Positions 50,743 to 62,839 of a stretch of 64,000 nucleotides of DNA are shown in pieces. Below the pieces are notes generated by a model. The model did no database searches. It had not been told where the DNA came from and worked only from the letters and a program-made list of their open reading frames with translations. Location: the NCBI RefSeq assembly GCF_021028975.2, contig NC_059439.1, positions 5,952,001 through 6,016,000 on the forward strand. Reading direction: 5' to 3'. Position 1 is the stretch's first letter, and every line of letters starts with the position of its first letter. A program made the translations under genes and the position numbers. The stretch is from Sphaerodactylus townsendi (taxonomy: Eukaryota).

Positions 50743-52185
50743 AACTGGACACCACCATCTTGGAATGCGTGTCCGCCTGCCAAGGCTTGAGCCAAAGGAG
50801 GCGACAGACCACTGAAGCGGTAGCCATGGTGCGTGAGGAGGTTAGGAATGCGTCTAGGGTAGCATCTGCCAGGAAGGAAATGGCCAGGAGCACACGCTCC
50901 ACTCCCTCCCTGATCCCCTGGTCTTCTGGTGGGATACGCTCGAGAAGGCGGTTAAGCCAGACAATGGTGGCTCTGGCGACTGTGGCTGCGGGTGCTAGGA
51001 TCCTAGAGGACATAGCCAAGCCTTCGTGCACCCTGCGTAAGAGGTGATCCGCCTTTTTATCCAGCGGGTCCTTAATGAATCCCTCCCCATCCCTGTAAAC
51101 CAGGCCCCCTGACTGTATTGCTGAGACAGGCCCGTCCACTAATGGGGTCTTAGTCAGGAAGGAAAGGTGGGGGGGGGGATCAAGTAAGTTTTCTTGAATA
51201 CCGAGGGGAACCCTTTGTTTGAGGCTGGGGTGGCCCACTCCTTTCTGTATTTCCTCTCAAATAACTTGGGGAGCGGAAAAAACTTTTCACCCTCCTCCTC
51301 CTTGGGGAAAATGGAGGCTGAGCCCTTGGGGCATCCTTTTATGGCCTTAGCTTTCTTCTCTGAGGGATCTTCCGCGTCCGCGGGATCGTGCAGCTCCAGA
51401 GCTGCAATGGTTTTGGATAAAAGATAGGAGACGTCCTCCACTTTAAAGAGCCTGTGGGACTGCTCGCTGGGCTCTGCAGTAGGGGCCTCTGCGTCTGAGA
51501 AATGATCAGAGTCAACCAGCTCTCCCTCACTGACGAAGCTACTGTCTGAATAGGGAGACAGATCGCACCAGAGTCTGTCCCTCTTGGCCCTGCGTGGTGA
51601 CTGTGATCTGCCCCTGAGTACAAGTGAGCCCTCTGCGGCTGGGAGGGAACCTGGGAGCCCGTAGCGCCCCACCTCCTCCCTGATGGAGTCCTTCATTATG
51701 GCTATGAGCTTGTCCGGGGTGAAATTCGCCCATTCAACGCCGGGGCGGCCCGGGGACATGGCGGAACTCGCCTCCCCCTCTCCCTCTTGCCTGCGCGCCA
51801 ATAAGGATGTGGATGGCGCTCCTCCGCTGTCTGAGGCGCGATGCGGCAGGGCGGGCTGCTGCCAGGTGCCGGTGGCGGCTGTGCGATCTCGCAGCTCTAC
51901 GTCCATCCCGCGTGCGCTCGAGCGGCTGCGGCAGCCTGGGCAGGGCTCTGCCGAAGAGGACCGTCTGGCTCCCACTCGCCTGCGCATGAGCTCCCTCGAC
52001 GGGGACCACCGGCCAAGCTCTCGGCTGCACTGGGTCCCTGCGCTCTCATCCTCTCTCCCAGCCCTACGGCTGTACGAGGAGGAAGAAGCGCTCTTCGCTG
52101 CCGCCCGAGTGTTCTCGGCGGCTGATCTTGAGAAGAATTGTCTGGGCGGGGAGAAGGGTGCGGATCGGCTGATTCCCTCAGCCAT
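50462..52185 (-). pseudogene. DIRS1 ORF1 (gag-like, LAP2alpha-type domain), disrupted
   Basis: Three ORF pieces joined by one frameshift at the G10 run (51169-51178) and an in-frame TAG at 50732-50734. Motifs PLVDGPV, KDPLDKKAD, RRLLWL-like CRLLWLKPW and LFGSEL. Confidence 0.8.
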
Positions 52186-52782
52186 GATGACGGAGGCCTT
52201 TTTGGCGGGAAGTAGGCCTCACCACACAAACACCCTTTCAACCGCACAGAACACAACGAGTACTGGTAGGGGATTAGGTAGACAAACAATCACACGAAGG
52301 CAACAGAACAAGACAATCACAAGCACTCAAAAACTCACAAACATTCGATCAGAACAAAGGAGCCTACTGAGGAACCTGCTCTCCCATAGCAAGGCAGGAA
52401 GATACTGGGGTGTAGAGGGCGCTACGACGCAAGTGGGAGTGGCCAAAAGTTGGTTCCTGCCTCCTTAACCAAGAGCAGAGAAAACCCGAACGAGACGGCC
52501 TCACGGCATCCACTAGAAGCACAAAGGATTGCGAAGAGCTCCAAGCAGACCTTTATAAATTAGATGAGTGGGCTAAGAAATGGCAAATGCAGTTCAATGT
52601 AGCAAAATGTAAAGTGATGCACATAGGGGCAAAAAATCCAAACTTCACATAAATGCTACAGAGGTCAGTGCTATCAGTCACAAACCATGAAAAGGATTTA
52701 GTTGATAGTTCCATGGAATGTCAACTCAATGCATGGCAGCTGTGAAAAAGGCAAACTCTATGTTGGGGATAATTAGGAAAGG

Positions 52783-53474
52783 TTACAGCCTTTAAGAGTA
52801 TTATCCCTATGATGAGTATTATCCCTATCCCTATCCTTATGATGAAATGTTATCCCAAGGTATTTAAATAATTTAACTTGTTCGATGTCAACCCCTTGGA
52901 TGGACCATCTCATGGGTCTGAAGGTGTTAGAAAAAAACCACACTATTTTAGACTTCACAGGGTTAATAACCAACCTTTTGTTTCGACAATATTCATCACA
53001 TTTGATCAGGGAATTTTTAAGACCTGACCTTGTTCTTGATAGCAAAACTGCATCATCGGCATAAAGGAGGATGGACAAAGGAACAGCATTCAGATAGGGC
53101 CAATGAGAGTTGGAATTATTCAAAGTGCAGGCAAGATCGTGCAGAAAAAAGTTGAATAACACAGGTGCTAACACGCATCCCTGCTTTACCCCCTGAGAAA
53201 CCAATATTTTGGGTGTCAGAGGGCCTGATGTTGTACACCTTATCTGACATATGGGATTTCTGTATAGAGACCTAATTAATAAAAGAAGCCTGGGTTTTAT
53301 AGCAAGCTTCTGAATTTAAGCCATAGCAGTGATCGAATCAAAAGCCCCCTTGAGATCAATAAACACTACATATAGGTTGGATTTTCCTTTGTGAAGATAT
53401 TTGATTTCAAGTGCTTCCAGTGTCATGAAGTGGTCCAGGGTGGACTTTCGTTTTGTGAAACCAATCTGCTCTAT
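52783..53474 (-). mobile_element. Internal RT fragment of an RTE-X-like LINE inserted in CR1
   Basis: EQIGF...STLDH, FIDLKGAFDSI, GVKQGCVLAPVLFNFF, LLYADD and FKYLGI; flanked by direct repeat taattaggaaagg (52770-52782 and 53475-53487). Confidence 0.85.
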
Positions 53475-54000
53475 TAATTAGGAAAGGAATTGCTAATAAA
53501 ACTGCAATGACTGTCATGCCCTTATATAAAGCAGTGGTGCGACCGTACTTCAGAACTATTCAGTTCTGGTCGCCACATCTCAAAAAGGATATCGAAGAGA
53601 TAGAAAAAGTGCAGAGAAGGGCAACGAGGATGATTGAGGGATTGGAGCACCTTCCTTATGAGGAGAGGCTGCAGATATGATTGAAGTCTATAAAATTATG
53701 CATGGGGTAGAAAATGTTGACAGAGAGAAATCTTTCTCTCTTTCTCACAATACTAAAACCAGGGGGCATACATTGAAAATGCTGGGGGGGGGGGGGGAAT
53801 TAGGACTAATAAAAGGAAACATTTCTTCATACAACGCGTGACTGGTGTTTGGAATAGGCTGCCAAAGGAGGTGGTGATGACCTGGATAGCTTTAAAAGGG
53901 GCTTGGACAGATTTATGGAGGAGAAGTCAATCTATGGCCACCAATCTTGATCCTCCTTGATCTGAGACTGCAAATGCCTTAGCAGACCAGGTGCTCAGGA

Positions 54001-54031
<31 letters not shown>

Positions 54032-54270
54032 GCCATTGCTTTCACATCCTGCATATGAGCTCCCAAAGACATCTGGTGGGCCACTGCATGTAGCAGAGTG
54101 ATGGACTAGATGGACTCTGGTCTGATTCAGCAAGGCTCTTTCTTATGTTCTTATAAAGAAAGCATAATCAATTAGTGAGGGCATCTGAATTGTAGTAGCC
54201 TGGCCTTTTGATCCCTTTCATTGCTTTCTGCTTAGTGGTGGGTGGTGTTCTGGGTGGTGTTCACTAGCCC

Positions 54271-54538
54271 TTTGGTATAGTGGTTAAGAGCGATGGACTC
54301 TAATCTGGAGAACTGAGTTTGATTCCCCACATCTCTACATGAGCATCAGACTCTAATCTGGACTTGTTTTCCCATGCCTCCACATGAAGCCTACTAGGTG
54401 AGCCTGTATCTCCTCGAACTCTCTCAGCTCCACCTGCTCACAAAGTATCTGCTGTGGGGAAAGGAAGGAGTGGAGTTTGTAAGTCATTTTGAGACTCCTT
54501 ACAGCAGAGAAAAGTAAGGTATAAATCCAAACTCTTCC
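54271..54538 (+). mobile_element. Squam3-like SINE
   Basis: tggtatagtggttaagagc head through ggtataaatccaaactcttc tail. Confidence 0.8.
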
Positions 54539-55234
54539 AAACCTAGATGAGCGAGATTACCTGCAGTGACCAAGGCCACCCATCACTTTGAAAGGAATCT
54601 ATATTCTTGTACTTCATTATCATAAGTCAACTCAGGCCATACAGAAGCTAAATCATTAAGGAATTTACACTCAGTTGCTCAGCTGGGCAAACTCTGTGAA
54701 CATGGCCTTTTCCCATTATTACAAGGGATGGAAATAATTTGCAAAGCACTTGATTTCTACTTTTTATACACTAAGGTCCCCAACAATCAAAGAGGAAAGG
54801 AGCAGCCTACTGAAAATTTCCCTCTGCCTTGTTTGCTCTACTGGAGCCAATGTGACTATTTTCTCCATAGGAGCCACACCTTCAGAACAGACATTCTTCG
54901 CATATGCTCTCACTGTGGCACAGAAATCAGCCAGCAAACACTGCCACAAGAAAGGATTTCATTTTCAATGTAATAAGCTGACTGTGACATGTTAAGTAAA
55001 AGATTGAAAACAATATTTAACGAGCAGCCCATATGTTATCAAGTGTGTCATGATGCAAAAACAGACAATTGCCCAGCATACCCAAAAAGCATTCTGGAAA
55101 GTTTAAAAGATTATTTATTGCATTTAACAATTGTTTAGGAACACAAATCTCATTAGATGAGAAAGGGATTTGTGTATGTAGCTTCACAGCTCTTGAAACA
55201 CAAAACAAGCTACATCAGGGAACTAGATATGGAT

Positions 55235-55470
55235 GTTTAGTAGGCAGACTATATTTATGGGGTGGTTTGCCATTGCCTGCCTCAGTCATCTACACTTTAT
55301 CTCCCACTCCCCCAAGCAAGCCGGGTACTCATTTTACCAACCTCAGAAGGATGGAAGGCTGAGCCAACCTTGCACCGGCTACCTGAAACCAACCTCTGTC
55401 AGAATCGAACTCCAGTTTGTGTAGATCTTGGACTGCAGTACCGCAGCTTACTACTCTATGCCATAGGGCT
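55235..55470 (-). mobile_element. Sauria-type SINE fragment
   Basis: ggggtggtttgccattgcc...gggtactcattttaccaacctcagaaggatggaaggctgag. Confidence 0.75.
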
Positions 55471-57580
55471 CCCTAGATCTACTCTCTTGCTTTTGGAAAG
55501 TTCAACAGGACAAGTTGAAGAAACCCTGACCTCAATGAGACAGCACCAAAACATGCATGAGACATAACACTGGAAATTGCATTACTACTATACATTCAAT
55601 AGTTGTTCAATCTGCAGAAGTGGCATCTACATATACTTAACCATCACCAGCAATGCTTTCCATTGGTTTGCCCTCAACATACATTTCAGGCACACCCACA
55701 CAAAAAGTTAAAGAGTTTACTGTATTCTTCTGGAATATGGAAGAATAGAAAATGTCCATTAATTGGGCAGACAAGCCCTCTTAAGATCCTGTTATTCAAG
55801 AAGAAGAAAAAATGGGAAAGAAAGAAATTATAACATTAATCAGCTTTATCCACAGTTTCATAACACTCCATTGTTCGGAGAAACAGCATTGCCTGCCAAG
55901 GGACCGACTCATACTCCTGAGACCCAGAACTCCCACTAAAGTCAGAAGGAATTTTGCACGACGAAGGACATGCTTAATGTGTTCATTTATAGATGCTTAA
56001 ATCATTGCTCAACCCATTCTGTGTGGCATCCTCAGTCACACTGCTTTACTTTACAGACAAACAGTTAAGAAGTCTTGGTTCAGAATTAAATGCTGTTCCT
56101 GCTCATTTTGTACCACTTCACACATAATTAACCTACTCAACAACAAAAAAGTCCAAGACTTCAAACTGTATTATATACTGTGCACTATGTACCTCCAATA
56201 TTTTGTGATGCACAGTAGAACAAAATAAATACATGAGATGGAAAGATGATTTGCAGTCTAATTTTCTCACCCTCTCTGGCAGAGACGGTGTGCGAATGTC
56301 AGTAACCAACCCACACAATCAAGTCAGACAAGCTTGCTACATTTACTGCCCAAATGCCTTCGCTGCACTTCTTAAAATATCATCCCAGCAATGTCATCCT
56401 GGGCATTGATCAATGTTGCTCCTCTTTTTTGTTTCAACAGAGTGATTAAAGTGTCGGACTAGGATGTCGGTAAACCCAGGCTTGAATCCTCACTCTGTCA
56501 TGGAAGTTTGCTGGGTGATTTTGAGCCAGTGACAAGTTCTCAACCTACCTCACAAGGTTGTTGTGAGGATAAAATGGAGGAAATGCTGTAAATTCCAATT
56601 GGGGTAAAAGACCAGGGATAAAGTAAATAATAAATACCTACTTATATGTACCTGAAAAGCTTACTTCACATATTCTGAAAGTTAGATGCTACAATGAAAA
56701 AGATACTGTCTTGCAGTTTTCTTCTCTTTATAGTGGCCTGTCACAGACCTCCCACATTCCAAATGCTAACCATGGTGTAGCAGTTAGGACAAAACAAAAC
56801 ACTCAAAGCCTCACACTCCTCTCAGCTGGGGTTTGGCATCATCTGACCATTGCAAACAATCCATAAGCATACCTGTTAACGATAAGACAATGCTGCTCAA
56901 TGTTCAGAAAACACTGTGCGTGCATCATTCCCATGACCCTGTTCTAATTTAAAAAACTGAGCATCTTTTCCTGGAGTAGAAATCTTGCCTCACTGCAACA
57001 ATAGGTAGCACCCTTCTACTCGATATAGACTGTGCACACGTGGCAGAGGAGCTGAGCATTTTGTGATTAGGCCTTAATGTACTTTGGCTGTGGCTATTCA
57101 CACTGAAGCAGCCTCTCTGGCTGGAAATGAACTACCTTTTGGTCGTGTAAGATGAGTTCTGCATAATTCAAACCAGAACAGTCCTTTTTCAGCTACTGGT
57201 ACAACAAAAAGCTAACCCTCACGTACTTCTGTACCTCATATTGATTGTGAGACAATTTTCACAGTTTCTAGCTTTTTATAACATCATAGGCACATGTTCC
57301 CACATTTTCTTTTTCACATAGATACTACATCGTCACCCACAATTATTCTCAGCAAATGTAAAAAAAAACATGATTTTTTTCTTCCAACGACAGCTGGAAA
57401 ACCACGTTCCACAGACATTCCTTTCTGAGGAAACCACTAACCCCCACCCCACCCCACCTATCAGTGCCTGGATACATGTTCCACAAGGGAAAAAAAAGCC
57501 CATCAATGGGCAGCTGTAAAATTCATTCACAGATTTAAAAACAAACAAGCCACTAAAGCCTAAAGATAACTAACCCTCCC

Positions 57581-58066
57581 AGGAGCAGCTGTGGCATAGT
57601 GGTTAAGAGCAGGTGTACTCTAATCTGGAGGAACCAGGTTTGATTCCCTGCTCTGCAGCCTGAGCTGTGGAGGCTTATCTGGGGAATTCAGATTAGCCTA
57701 TGCCAGGTGTCTGCAGCCTGCGGCTCTCCAGATGTTCATGGACTACAATTCCCATCAGCCCCTGCCAGCACGGCCAATTGCCCATGCTGGCAGGAGCTGA
57801 TGGGATTTGTAGTCCATTAACATCTGGAGAGCCGCAGGCTGCAGACCCCTGGCCTATGGACCCCCACACACGCCAGCTGGGTGACCTTGGGCCAGTCACA
57901 GTTCTTCTGAGCTCTCTCAGCCCCACCTACCTCACAGGGTGTTTGCGGGGGGGGGGGGAGGTAAAGGAGTTTGTAAGCTCCGTTGAGTCTCCTGTAGGAT
58001 AGAAAGGGGGATATAAATCCAACTCTTCTCCTTCTCCTGCTCCTTCTCCTGCTCCTCCTCCTTCTG
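57581..58066 (+). mobile_element. Squam3-like SINE with nested hAT MITE (57704-57851)
   Basis: SINE split by a palindromic MITE with TSD gcctatgc/gcctatgg. Confidence 0.85.
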
Positions 58067-60444
58067 AATCCAAAGGTTCCTAACTTTCAATTTAAAGGAC
58101 TCAGTTTTCACCACCTTTCCTGGTACATGGAACACAGAATTTTAACTATGCTGCTAGCTGAAACATTAACTGGTCACCTTTTCTGAATTAGTTTCCACAC
58201 CAACTTACATGTTACTGTACTTTCAATCCACAGCAATTTCATTCAAACACCCCTCCTCCCTTCAGCCTCTTCAGTTTGATCTTTGTACTAAACAGCTATT
58301 GGTATTTCTAAGAAACTCAAGAATGAAGTTAAAACATAGTTTCTACCTGTTTCAGTCCTCCGGCCAATTTCTGAAAGAAGACACTGCTCTTTTTCATCCT
58401 GCAGAACTATTAGCCTCTGCCAGGCTGCACCAAGTCAAGTCAAGTTTCCACTCAGTCACACCTGCTTCCACTTTCCAGACCACAATGGAGGAAAGCTACC
58501 ATCAGGGTTCTGTCCCTTGTTCAAGCTATCCTCAGGTCACACCGCGGAGAGACTTTCCTCAGGCAGTTTATTGTTCTCCTCTGTGAAAACGGCACAAAGT
58601 GAGGAGAAAGGAAACATCCTCTTGGTCTCATTTGTATCACCCATGTCACCTCTCCCCCTTCCCTTTAGTGAAGAAAAAACAATAAAGCTGTTAGAACAAA
58701 GAGTTGGAAGGAACCCTTGTTGGATAGGGCGCTTTTGTGTGGTCCCATATCATGCTGATTGCGTACTATAGATCTTCCTGAATAGCACTCATTGTCTGCC
58801 CTTTGCCTGCCCCCCCTCCAAGCATCTCCACCCCCTGGACTTCCCAGCATTCAAATTCCCTTCACTATATTAAAATAAGGCAAAAATACTGGGCGTTCGT
58901 GTTTTTAGGGCTTTCTCAAGTTAAACACACATGTGGTTATATTTCCTTTTTTTTTCTAAAACATCTTCAGCAACCATTTTGCATAACACCTACAGCATCA
59001 CATGTCAAAATAGTAGTTCACCCTATTCTGCAATGCCCTTAAGTCACACTTATATTTTACACTTTAAGATAAACTATGTTATCCAAAGCTTGCCAAAGCA
59101 GCAAAATCTCCCTTACTATGGAATCAACACACAGGAGATTCACAACTACTTTCTGAACTCTTACCAATGAGCAATCAAGCACACCACTGGGTAGAATCTA
59201 TACATATAATTACAATTACAATACACATGTGTAGGGCATATGCCTGTTGTGCTCTTTTAAAAAGGAGATGATCCAGATCTGAATACCCATCAATTTTCCA
59301 TCACTGAACACACAGGTGATCGTATACTCTCACATATCTACCTGTGATGCTTTTCAGCTCTCAGTGTTTGCCCTTTTCCCAGCATGTGACCTACATACAA
59401 CATTGTTCTGTGTGTCTGCACACATATGTGTATGTTCTTGCCACTTAACCAGGCAGGAAGGACCAATAACTCCATAGCTAGCAGCAGGCAAGACCTGCCT
59501 CTCACTGGCATCATTAAGATTAGTCAGCACTGTGTCCCCCGTCCCCCCACCACACACAAACACAGTTTTTGAGGACCAGGGCTCCTTCCCTCCCACCTCC
59601 ATTTAGTCAGTATCTCATCTCCCATCCAATCCCACTCTGCAATCTGCTATTCTTCTGCACTATCCCCCTCCCACTGAGCAAAACATCCCCCCAGGACCTT
59701 TTTTACCTACAAGTACTTACATTTCTTTAACTTATTTTCCTCCTCTTGAAAATCCCAACACACTTCCAGAGCATCCCCTGCAATGCCCACCCTTCATAAT
59801 ACCACCTCAAACTTGTCATAATTGCAACACAATCTCCCATCATCCCGTACAAATAACAAGCAAAGACTTCATGAGCAACGGATACCTCTACTCTTGGCAA
59901 TATGTTCCATCCAACATGGTTATTTCCTCCTCTAATGTCTCCAACAGTTCATCACTTTCCTCAGGTGCAGCCTCTCCCTACTTACCCAACAACAACACCC
60001 CACCCCCATAATCTAGTATGTTTGAAGGGCCATTCTTAATGCTCTCTCTTTGAACATTCATCTATTCCATTCTGGCAAATCGACCCAAAGACCACTATCT
60101 CTCATACACAAACACAACACAGCAACCTTTCCAGTCTCCCTTAGCTCATGCCCAGCAGCATTTCGTTTTAGTGCTGGGGTCGTTAAACAAAACCCTGCCT
60201 CGCTGCAACATAATCTATCTACCGCATGGAAATCCTGTGTAGACTGGCTCCGATCTAAGCCAACCGATTTCAACAGGTCCAAGCTCCAGTAATTTAGCAC
60301 AGGATTGCACCATAATATTCTTTGAATCCCCTATTGCCCTCCCCAGGATAATATGCACCCAATAATATCCAGAGAACACACAAGAGCCCGTACTTCCTAC
60401 AGTTTGTCTGCCCCACACACAGGTACACACACTCAGTATAGGAA

Positions 60445-60660
60445 AAGAGATTCCACCTGAACATTAGGAAGAACTTCCGGACAGTAAGGGCTGCCTGACA
60501 GTGGAATATGCTGCCTCAAGAGTGTGGTGAAGTCTCCTTCTTTGGAGGTTTTTAAACAGGAGCTGGATGACCATCTGTCAAGGATGCTCTGATTGTGTAT
60601 GCTTTCATAGCAGAAGGCTGGACTCAATGGCCCTTGTGGTCTCTCCCAACACTACGATTC
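60445..60660 (+). mobile_element. CR1 LINE 3' end fragment
   Basis: agattccacctgaacattaggaagaacttcc...ggaggtttttaaacag and 3' UTR. Confidence 0.8.
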
Positions 60661-60866
60661 ACTCTCCCTCATACATGCACAGAGCTCAGGCCTTTCATCT
60701 TCCTGTCTCCAACACAAATGGGGAAAATGTGTTCTGTCCCCAGAAAACTAAATATTTGTTATACAATGAAATTTGTATTGGCTTAGTCTAAATTTTAGGG
60801 ATGGTGGATGACTGCAATAGACAAACTTCTTCTGTGTCTTGCCCCCTTCTGCCATAAGCTTCCCTC

Positions 60867-61682
60867 CAGTGGTGGGATTCAAATAATTTAACAACTGGTT
60901 CTGGGATTTAAATAATTAAACAACTGGTTCTGGTGGGTTTTCCAGGCTGTGTGGCCGTGGTCTGGTGGATCTTGTTCCTAACGTTTCCCCTGCATCTGTG
61001 GCTGGTATCTTCAGATGTGTATCACAGAGGGAAGTCTGTTACACACTGTGTGATACACCTTCCCTCTGTGATACACCTCTGAAAATGCCAGCCACAGATG
61101 CAGGCGAAACAAGATCCACCAGAGTGTCCAGAGAAGTGGTTTCCAACGTTTTCGACATCACAGTACCCTTGACTTCACTCTTCATATCTCACGGTACTCC
61201 TGCCATCCTCCCCCCAGCTTCCCCTCCCAGTTCCCCTGCTTGCCACCCCCCACCTTTCCCTCCCAAGGTGAAGGGAAGCGGGGGGGGGAGTAGGGGGGTG
61301 GGAAGTGGCTGCTGACCTTGAAGCAGGCCCTACCCCCTGGTCCAGCTCCATATTGTTGCTGATGCCAGCAGGAGACACCACAAAAGTGAGGGGGGCAGTA
61401 GCATTACTGCGGCACCCCAGGGTACCATGGAACCCTGGTTGGGAATCGCTGGTCCAGAGAGAAGGAAATGTTTGGGGTATATATTGTCCATTTCCCAGGG
61501 CGGGGAACCAATCAGTAAGTGTTTGGGTGGAACTTGTTATGCAAAGTTGTGGTTGATAGTATTGTATTGCGGGTGGGGCTTATCAGTCCAGTCCAGTCAC
61601 ATTAAACAACTGTTTGTTTACAAGAACCATTTTAACAACAGGTTCTGCCGAAGTGGTGCGAACCTGCTGAATCCCACCACTG
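60867..61682. mobile_element. Complete hAT non-autonomous element with nested Penelope-like fold-back (about 60920-61123)
   Basis: TIR cagtggtgggattca/tgaatcccaccactg with exact 8-bp TSD cttccctc. The inner inverted pair has mutated hammerhead cores. Confidence 0.9.
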
Positions 61683-61999
61683 CTTCCCTCCCTACTAATG
61701 TGTTTCCTTCCCTGTAAATGAAGAGGGACAGAGCCTCTGTCAGAAAGACGACCTAAAAACGAAGCCCAAGGAGGAGAAAATATCCTTCAATCTAGTGGTG
61801 CCATTGGTCCCCCTTCCCAATTACTGACTTAATCAAAAGGCCACCAGGAAATCCCACCTTGTCCTCCCTTAAGCCCCCTCACAGGTTCTTAAGAAAGGAA
61901 TATCTTCTCCTTCCTACCCCCCAACCACAAATGGCGACACACGTGGGCACATTTATATTTATACAGGGGCAGTCCTCACACGAACAGAAACACCCCTCT

Positions 62000-62830
62000 C
62001 CCCCAAATGAGGCTGTCAATCCCGCCTTGGGAAATGCCCGGAGATTGCGGGAGGGGCTCAGAGGGGGTGGGATGAGAGCCTCACCTCCCCCCTCCAGCTG
62101 CCGGATCCTGGTGTCTGGATATGAAGATCAGGCGCCACTCCGGGAGAAATCCAGGAACAACCCCCCCCCCCCCTTGTAGGTCGGCCACAAAGCCCCGACC
62201 GACCCGCCCCCCGCTCACCTCAAAGCGGCTCTTGGTCACGCCGTTCATTTCCCTCCTCATGATGGAGGCCCGGCGGCGGGGGTCGACTCGGGTGAGGCCG
62301 GGCCAGGCCAAGCCGGGCCAGGCCTGGCCCCCCCTCGTCCTCCTCCTGGGCGGCGTCAGCAGCGGCTGCAGGCACCCCGGGCAGCCCGCCCCGAGCCCGG
62401 CCTGACGCGGCGGAGACGGGAAGCGGCGACGGCTGCGAGGAGGGCGAAACGGAGGCACCAGCCTTTCCGTCGCCTTTCTGCTCCGCCAGCCCGGGCGGCG
62501 CTGAGGCGGAGGGGCGCCTGAGGTAGGCTCGTGGCCTCCGGACGAGGGACGGAGCGTGGCGGGAAGGGGGGCAACGAAACCCGCTCAAGCCCTCAGCGGC
62601 CACCGCGAGGCCGGCCCGCCTCAACTGCAACTACTTCTTCTTCTCCTTCTTCAACCCAAAACAAAAACACTCGGCACCTGCCAGCAACAGCGCCGCTCAT
62701 TGGTCGAGGAAGGCGCAGGCTGGGGGAGGAGGGAGGGGGCAGGGGTTGCGCACGCGCATGGCCCGAGCAAGGGGGTTGCGCGCGCACCTCAGATGCCCGG
62801 AGAGGTGGCTGTGGGGGGGAACCGGCTCTC
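62000..62830 (-). promoter_or_regulatory. FBXL20: CpG-island promoter and 5' UTR of FBXL20
   Basis: Very GC- and CpG-rich region around exon 1. CCAAT box on the minus strand (ATTGG at 62699-62703), perfect NRF1-type site TGCGCACGCGCA at 62747-62758, and G-rich Sp/KLF-like tracts. Confidence 0.85.
62219..62260 (-). CDS. FBXL20: FBXL20 (F-box/LRR protein 20, SCRAPPER) coding exon 1
   Basis: Minus strand reads ATG AGG AGG GAA ATG AAC GGC GTG ACC AAG AGC CGC TTT GAG|gtgagc = MRREMNGVTKSRFE. This matches the FBXL20 N-terminus as I recall it (MRRDVNGVTKSRFE). 42 nt, canonical GT donor, A at Kozak -3, inside a CpG island. Confidence 0.95.
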
Positions 62831-62839
62831 TTGCAGGTA

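Larger units (their letters stand above)
47734..52518 (-). mobile_element. DIRS1-type tyrosine-recombinase retrotransposon, 4785 bp, defective
   Basis: ITRs at 47768-47885 and 52400-52518 (3 substitutions plus 1 indel), 3' extension 47737-47767, internal complementary region at about 48092-48177, gag, RT-RNaseH-MT and YR remnants. Confidence 0.95.
47495..54153 (+). mobile_element. 5'-truncated CR1 LINE in three pieces (47495-47736, 52519-52782, 53475-54153)
   Basis: QRLLRKLSNEGIRGEVLLWI, PQGSVLGPVLFTLFINDL and KFVDDT, then WQMQFNVAKCKVMHIG, then EKVQRRATRMI. 3' UTR with (CAG)n and a ttcttatg tail. Confidence 0.92.

Noticed and set aside
51683-52468. 261-aa plus-strand ORF
   Set aside because: Antisense shadow of GC-rich DIRS gag.
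57581-57660. Possible tRNA genes at SINE heads
   Set aside because: A- and B-box-like motifs only, no complete cloverleaf, and they continue into SINE core and tail.
60975-61110. Functional hammerheads in the 60.9-kb fold-back
   Set aside because: The left copy has broken stems I and II. The right copy has CUGAAAA and lacks the cleavage-site segment. The copies at 3.2 kb and 63.96 kb are likewise degenerate.
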